This document shows positions 60,242 through 64,000 of a DNA stretch of 64,000 bases, in pieces. The stretch is taken from NCBI GenBank assembly GCA_903870555.1, contig CAIQDO010000170.1, positions 1,067 to 65,066 on the forward strand, written 5' to 3'. Position numbers and translations under genes: made by a program. A model generated the notes under the pieces. It searched no databases, was not told the origin of the DNA, and saw only the letters and a program-made list of their open reading frames with translations. The first letter of the stretch is position 1; every line of letters begins with the position of its first letter. This stretch comes from an uncultured Caulobacteraceae bacterium (GTDB taxonomy: Bacteria; Pseudomonadota; Alphaproteobacteria; Caulobacterales; Caulobacteraceae).

Positions 60242-60532
60242 ACCGGTGGACAAACGGTGCGGGTCTTAGGCATTGGGGACGAGACCGCCGTCGGCGATGC
60301 GGCCGAGGCGGTCGGCTTCCTCCATCGACATGGCATTGCCTCCGAAGCCGTCTGGCGGTCCTCTTCCGCAGGGGGCGTTGGCGCCGATATTCTCGCGGCG
60401 GCTGATGACTTCAGCGCGGGCCTGATCGTCGCCGGCGTGCATGGCGCCCGACGCCTGCGCGACCGGGTGTTCGGCGGCGTCACCACCCACCTCATCGCCT
60501 CCGCGGCAGTGCCCGGCCTGCTGTCGCACTGA
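60242..60532 (+). pseudogene. Universal stress protein remnant (C-terminal domain only)
   Basis: FLHRHGI...LIVAGVHGARRLRDRVFGGVTTHL...VPGLLSH matches the tail of tandem-domain USPs; no SD or N-domain. Confidence 0.72.
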
Positions 60533-60553
60533 TGCGACCGGCTCGACACTCCC

Positions 60554-61660
60554 CTATCGAGCGGTGCGTTCCACCAGGTCGGCCAGTCGTTCGGCGGCGT
60601 CGGGGCGAGCGATCTTGCGGGCGCCGGCGGCCATCCGCGCCAGACGCGCGGGATTTGACAGCAACGTCTCCAGGGCGCGAGTCATCATCTCCAGGGTGAT
60701 GGTCGCCTCGCCCGCGACCTCCGCACCCCCGGCCTCGGCCAGCATGCGCGCATTCTGACCCTGATCGTCGTCCAGGGCCGCGCCGAGCGGGATGAGGATC
60801 GACGGTCGTCCGGCCACGGCCAGTTCGGTCACCGTGGACGCCCCCGCCCGGCCAATCACCAGGTGGGCGCGGGCCAGGCGTCCGGCCATGTCGCGGAAGA
60901 AAGGGGCAAGTTCCGCGTCGATCACGGCGTCGGCGTAGATGCCCCGGGCCAAGGCCATGGATTCGGCGCGGGTCTGTTGTTCCACATGCAGGCGGGCGCG
61001 CAATGGCTCGGGCAAGCCCGCCAGCGCGGCCGGGATAAGCTCAGACAGCAGGCGCGCGCCCTGGCTGCCGCCCGTGACGAGCACACGGATCTGATCCTCG
61101 GGCGGATCATAGCCCTCGTCCGCCAAGGCCCGGATCTCGGGCCGGACAGGGTTGCCGACGACCACGGCCCGGGCCTGGGTGCGGGCGCTGGCCTTCCTGA
61201 GCGTGGGAAAGGCGCAGCCGATGGCTGTGACATAGGGAGCGAGGAACCGGTTGGCCCGTCCGGAGACCGCGTTCTGTTCGTGGATCAGCGTCGGGCGGCC
61301 CTGTGTCACCGCGGCGATCAATGCGGGCAACGAAGGATAGCCGCCAAAGCCGATCACGATCGATGGATCGATCTCGCGCAGGGCCGCGCGGCCGTCGAGC
61401 ACCCCCTTGAGGATCTTCCACGCCGCCCGGGGCGCCCCGAAGGGATCGCCGCGGCGGGCTGTGGCGGAGGCCAGGGTGACGATCCGCTCGGCCGGAAAGG
61501 ACCGCGCCAGGGTTTCCACTCGATCGTCCGTCGCCAGAACGATCCGCCAGCCTCGCGCGCCCAGAACCTCGGCCAGCGCCTGAGCCGGAAACAGGTGGCC
61601 GCCGGTGCCTCCGGCCGCGATGACGGCGATCTTGCGTCGATGTCGGTCCGGATCAGTCAA
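60554..61660 (-). CDS. murG: MurG glycosyltransferase
   Basis: GGTGGHLFPA, GFGGY, HEQN, GGSQGA, GRAGAST, DDQGQNA; TTG start overlaps the ftsW end. Confidence 0.97.
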   Translation of the reverse strand: MTDPDRHRRKIAVIAAGGTGGHLFPAQALAEVLGARGWRIVLATDDRVETLARSFPAERIVTLASATARRGDPFGAPRAAWKILKGVLDGRAALREIDPSIVIGFGGYPSLPALIAAVTQGRPTLIHEQNAVSGRANRFLAPYVTAIGCAFPTLRKASARTQARAVVVGNPVRPEIRALADEGYDPPEDQIRVLVTGGSQGARLLSELIPAALAGLPEPLRARLHVEQQTRAESMALARGIYADAVIDAELAPFFRDMAGRLARAHLVIGRAGASTVTELAVAGRPSILIPLGAALDDDQGQNARMLAEAGGAEVAGEATITLEMMTRALETLLSNPARLARMAAGARKIARPDAAERLADLVERTAR

Positions 61661-62819
61661 AGTCGTCCGTCCGCGGATCGCCCGCCTCGGCCGTGTCGGC
61701 GCCGGATTGTCGACGCGTCAGAGCCAGGGCCATGCCGACGGTCAAGCTCATCGCGAGCATCGACGAGCCGCCGTAGGAAATGAACGGCAGGGTCATGCCC
61801 TTGGTGGGCGCCAGCCCCAGGTTGACGATGATATTGATGAAGGCCTGCATTCCGACCATGGCGAACAGGCCCGCCGCCGCGACCTGCTCGAAGGGATTGA
61901 CCAGCTTTGTCGCGCGATAGAGACCGCGGATGACCAGCAGGGCGAACAGGCCGATCAACAACAGCGACAGCCACAGGCCATACTCCTCGGCCGCCGCCGA
62001 ATAGGCGAAATCGGTGTGCATGTCCGGGATCTGCACCTTCATCACGCCTTCGCCAGGCCCCCGGCCAAAGCCCTTGCCGGCGGCGATCGCGTCGGCGGCG
62101 TGCTGAACCTGTCCCGGCTCATGCGCCTTGGTGTCGAGAAACGTCAGCAACCGGGCGTGGACGTGAGGGAAAATGAAATAGGTGCTGCCCAATCCCGCCA
62201 CGGCGGTCGCGCCCAGGCCGATAATCCAGGCGATCGGCACGCCGGCGACCCAGAACGCGGCCCCAAAAGCCGCTGTAATGAGGACGGTCTGGCCGATGTC
62301 AGGCTCGATCAGCAGCAGGGCGGCGGCGGCGGCGTAGAGACAGAAGGCGATGCGGACGCCCGGGATCTGGCCCTTCTGCGCCTCCGCGAACATCCAGGCC
62401 ACGAGCACCAGGAGGGCCGGCTTCATGAACTCGGAGGGTTGCAGCGCGAAGCCAGCGAACTCGACCCAGCGGGTCGCGCCCTTGGCGTTGTGGCCAAGAA
62501 ACGGCAAGGCGGCCATGGCGATCATCGCGGCGATGTAAACGACGAAGGCCACCCGCCGCACCCCTCTGGGGTGGAGAACCGAAACGGCGAGGACAACGCC
62601 CGCGCCGAGGACGGCGAAGGCGCACTGACGGATGGCGAAATAGAACTGCGAGGCCTTGTGGAGCTTGGCCGCGGCCGCCGGACTGGTGCCGAATTGCAGA
62701 ACCACGCCCAAGGTTATGAGAACGGCGACGACGCCCAGCAGAACGTGGTCGGTGGTCCACCACCATTGAGCCCAGGGTGAACGATCGGTGCGGTCGAACG
62801 GATGAGGACGCGAGGACAT
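61653..62819 (-). CDS. ftsW: SEDS peptidoglycan polymerase FtsW
   Basis: KGATRW, LQPSEFMK, EPDIGQT, PDMHTDF, PTKGMTLPFISYGGSS. ATG 62819 overlaps the murD TGA. Confidence 0.96.
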   Translation of the reverse strand: MSSRPHPFDRTDRSPWAQWWWTTDHVLLGVVAVLITLGVVLQFGTSPAAAAKLHKASQFYFAIRQCAFAVLGAGVVLAVSVLHPRGVRRVAFVVYIAAMIAMAALPFLGHNAKGATRWVEFAGFALQPSEFMKPALLVLVAWMFAEAQKGQIPGVRIAFCLYAAAAALLLIEPDIGQTVLITAAFGAAFWVAGVPIAWIIGLGATAVAGLGSTYFIFPHVHARLLTFLDTKAHEPGQVQHAADAIAAGKGFGRGPGEGVMKVQIPDMHTDFAYSAAAEEYGLWLSLLLIGLFALLVIRGLYRATKLVNPFEQVAAAGLFAMVGMQAFINIIVNLGLAPTKGMTLPFISYGGSSMLAMSLTVGMALALTRRQSGADTAEAGDPRTDDFD

Positions 62820-64000
62820 CAGACTTGAACCCCCGGGACGGTTTCCGACGCGAGGGCGTAAACCGCGGCGCGAAAGGCCTCGCCTCGCGCCTCGAAGTCG
62901 CTGAACTGATCGAAAGAGGCGCAGGCTGGCGAGAACAGCACGATCCCACCGCCACCCTCGGCGCGGGCGTCCGCGAAAGCGGACCGAACCGCGGCCTGGA
63001 TCGTTCCAGAACTGACCACCGGCGTGCCCGGTTGCAGGGTCCGGGCGAAATCCTCGGCGGCCTCGCCGATCAGATAAGCCTTGGCCACCGACCCGAACAG
63101 ATCGGACAGGCAATCGATGCCGCTCTTGGGTCGGCCGCCGGCAATCCAATGGAAGCGAGGATAGGAACTCATCGCCTGGCGCGCCGCGTCGGTGTTGGTC
63201 GCCTTGGAATCGTTGATGAACCGCACCCCGTCGATGGCCCCGATGGTTTCCATTCGATGAGCCAGGCCCGGGAACGTCATCAGACCATCGATGGCCTCTC
63301 TGGCCGGCAGCCCGAGCGCGCGGACCGCGGCATAGGCCGCCGCGGCGTTCTGCCAATTGTGCCGCCCGGGCAAAGACCGAGCGCCCGTCAGGTCCGCCAT
63401 GGCGATGGCCCGCCCGTCGGACGCGTCATAAAGAACGCCCTGCAAGACGTAGACACCGCGCCCCATCGCCTTGCGAGCGCTGATCGGCCAGATCGTCCGA
63501 CGGTTCGCTGCGGTGATCTCAGTGCAGATCCGCTGGCCCCAGTCGTCATCAACGCCGATCACGGCGGTGTCGTCTTTGCCCTGCCCCCGCAGGATTCGCC
63601 GCTTCGCCGCCGCGTAGCCGTCCATGTCTCCATGCCGGTCGAGGTGATCCGGGGTGATGTTGAGGATGATGGCGACGTCGGGTTCGAGGCTGAAGGTCAG
63701 GTCGAGCTGATAGGATGACAGCTCGAGCACATAGACCGCGCCGCCGTGCATCGGCTCAAGGCCCAGCACGCCCACGCCGATGTTGCCGCCGACGCGCGTG
63801 TCGCGTCCAGCCCTCGCCAGCATATGTCCGATCAGGGCGGTGGTGGTCGACTTGCCGTTGGTGCCGGTGATCGCCACCACCCTGGGTCTCTTGTGGACCG
63901 GCGCGGCCGCCACGGCCCGGGCGAACAGTTCAACATCGCCGATGACTTCGACGCCCGCGTCATGGGCCAATCCGACGGTCCAGTGTGGCGCGGGGTGGGT
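62819..64000 (-). CDS. murD: MurD ligase (5' end lies beyond the window)
   Basis: [42 protein letters not shown]. Confidence 0.96.
   Translation of the reverse strand, partial: THPAPHWTVGLAHDAGVEVIGDVELFARAVAAAPVHKRPRVVAITGTNGKSTTTALIGHMLARAGRDTRVGGNIGVGVLGLEPMHGGAVYVLELSSYQLDLTFSLEPDVAIILNITPDHLDRHGDMDGYAAAKRRILRGQGKDDTAVIGVDDDWGQRICTEITAANRRTIWPISARKAMGRGVYVLQGVLYDASDGRAIAMADLTGARSLPGRHNWQNAAAAYAAVRALGLPAREAIDGLMTFPGLAHRMETIGAIDGVRFINDSKATNTDAARQAMSSYPRFHWIAGGRPKSGIDCLSDLFGSVAKAYLIGEAAEDFARTLQPGTPVVSSGTIQAAVRSAFADARAEGGGGIVLFSPACASFDQFSDFEARGEAFRAAVYALASETVPGVQV

Noticed and set aside
62820-63356. Extended ORF-track starts (ftsW 63356, glgB 2463, rne 27764, recN 48016, amidohydrolase 39373, DUF190 33829, lpxC 49974)
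   Set aside because: The extensions overlap neighbouring genes or lack family similarity; downstream starts fit the motifs, SDs or stop-start coupling.

Overview
High-GC alphaproteobacterial chromosome, most consistent with Caulobacteraceae (bactofilin MFNKQ N-terminus, RNase E GWW tail, CtrA boxes, GANTC sites). In order: glycogen operon glgP-glgB-glgC-glgA-glgX::malQ (fusion, no pgm); secreted M20 peptidase; anmK and tyrS; bcp; M23 peptidase-bactofilin pair; tripartite ABC exporter; prfB with a +1 programmed frameshift; PBP1A; amiC; rne; M48 protease and DsbA; an accessory block at about 32.8-40.8 kb (Fluc, DUF190, beta-barrel, 2-hydroxyacid dehydrogenase, kinase, YVTN propeller, cupin, crotonase, secreted chorismate-lyase-like protein, amidohydrolase); prmA, aminopeptidase P, GNAT; ligA-recN-bamD-lpxC; and the dcw cluster (ftsZ to partial murD). 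The dcw cluster is split between murG and murC by a ~3 kb insert with two PEPxxWA-CTERM proteins, a candidate sigma54 promoter and a back-to-back pair of 5'-truncated gene remnants. I saw no tRNA, rRNA, CRISPR array, integrase or transposase. All calls come from reading motifs by eye; no database search was run. Several starts were moved from the ORF track.
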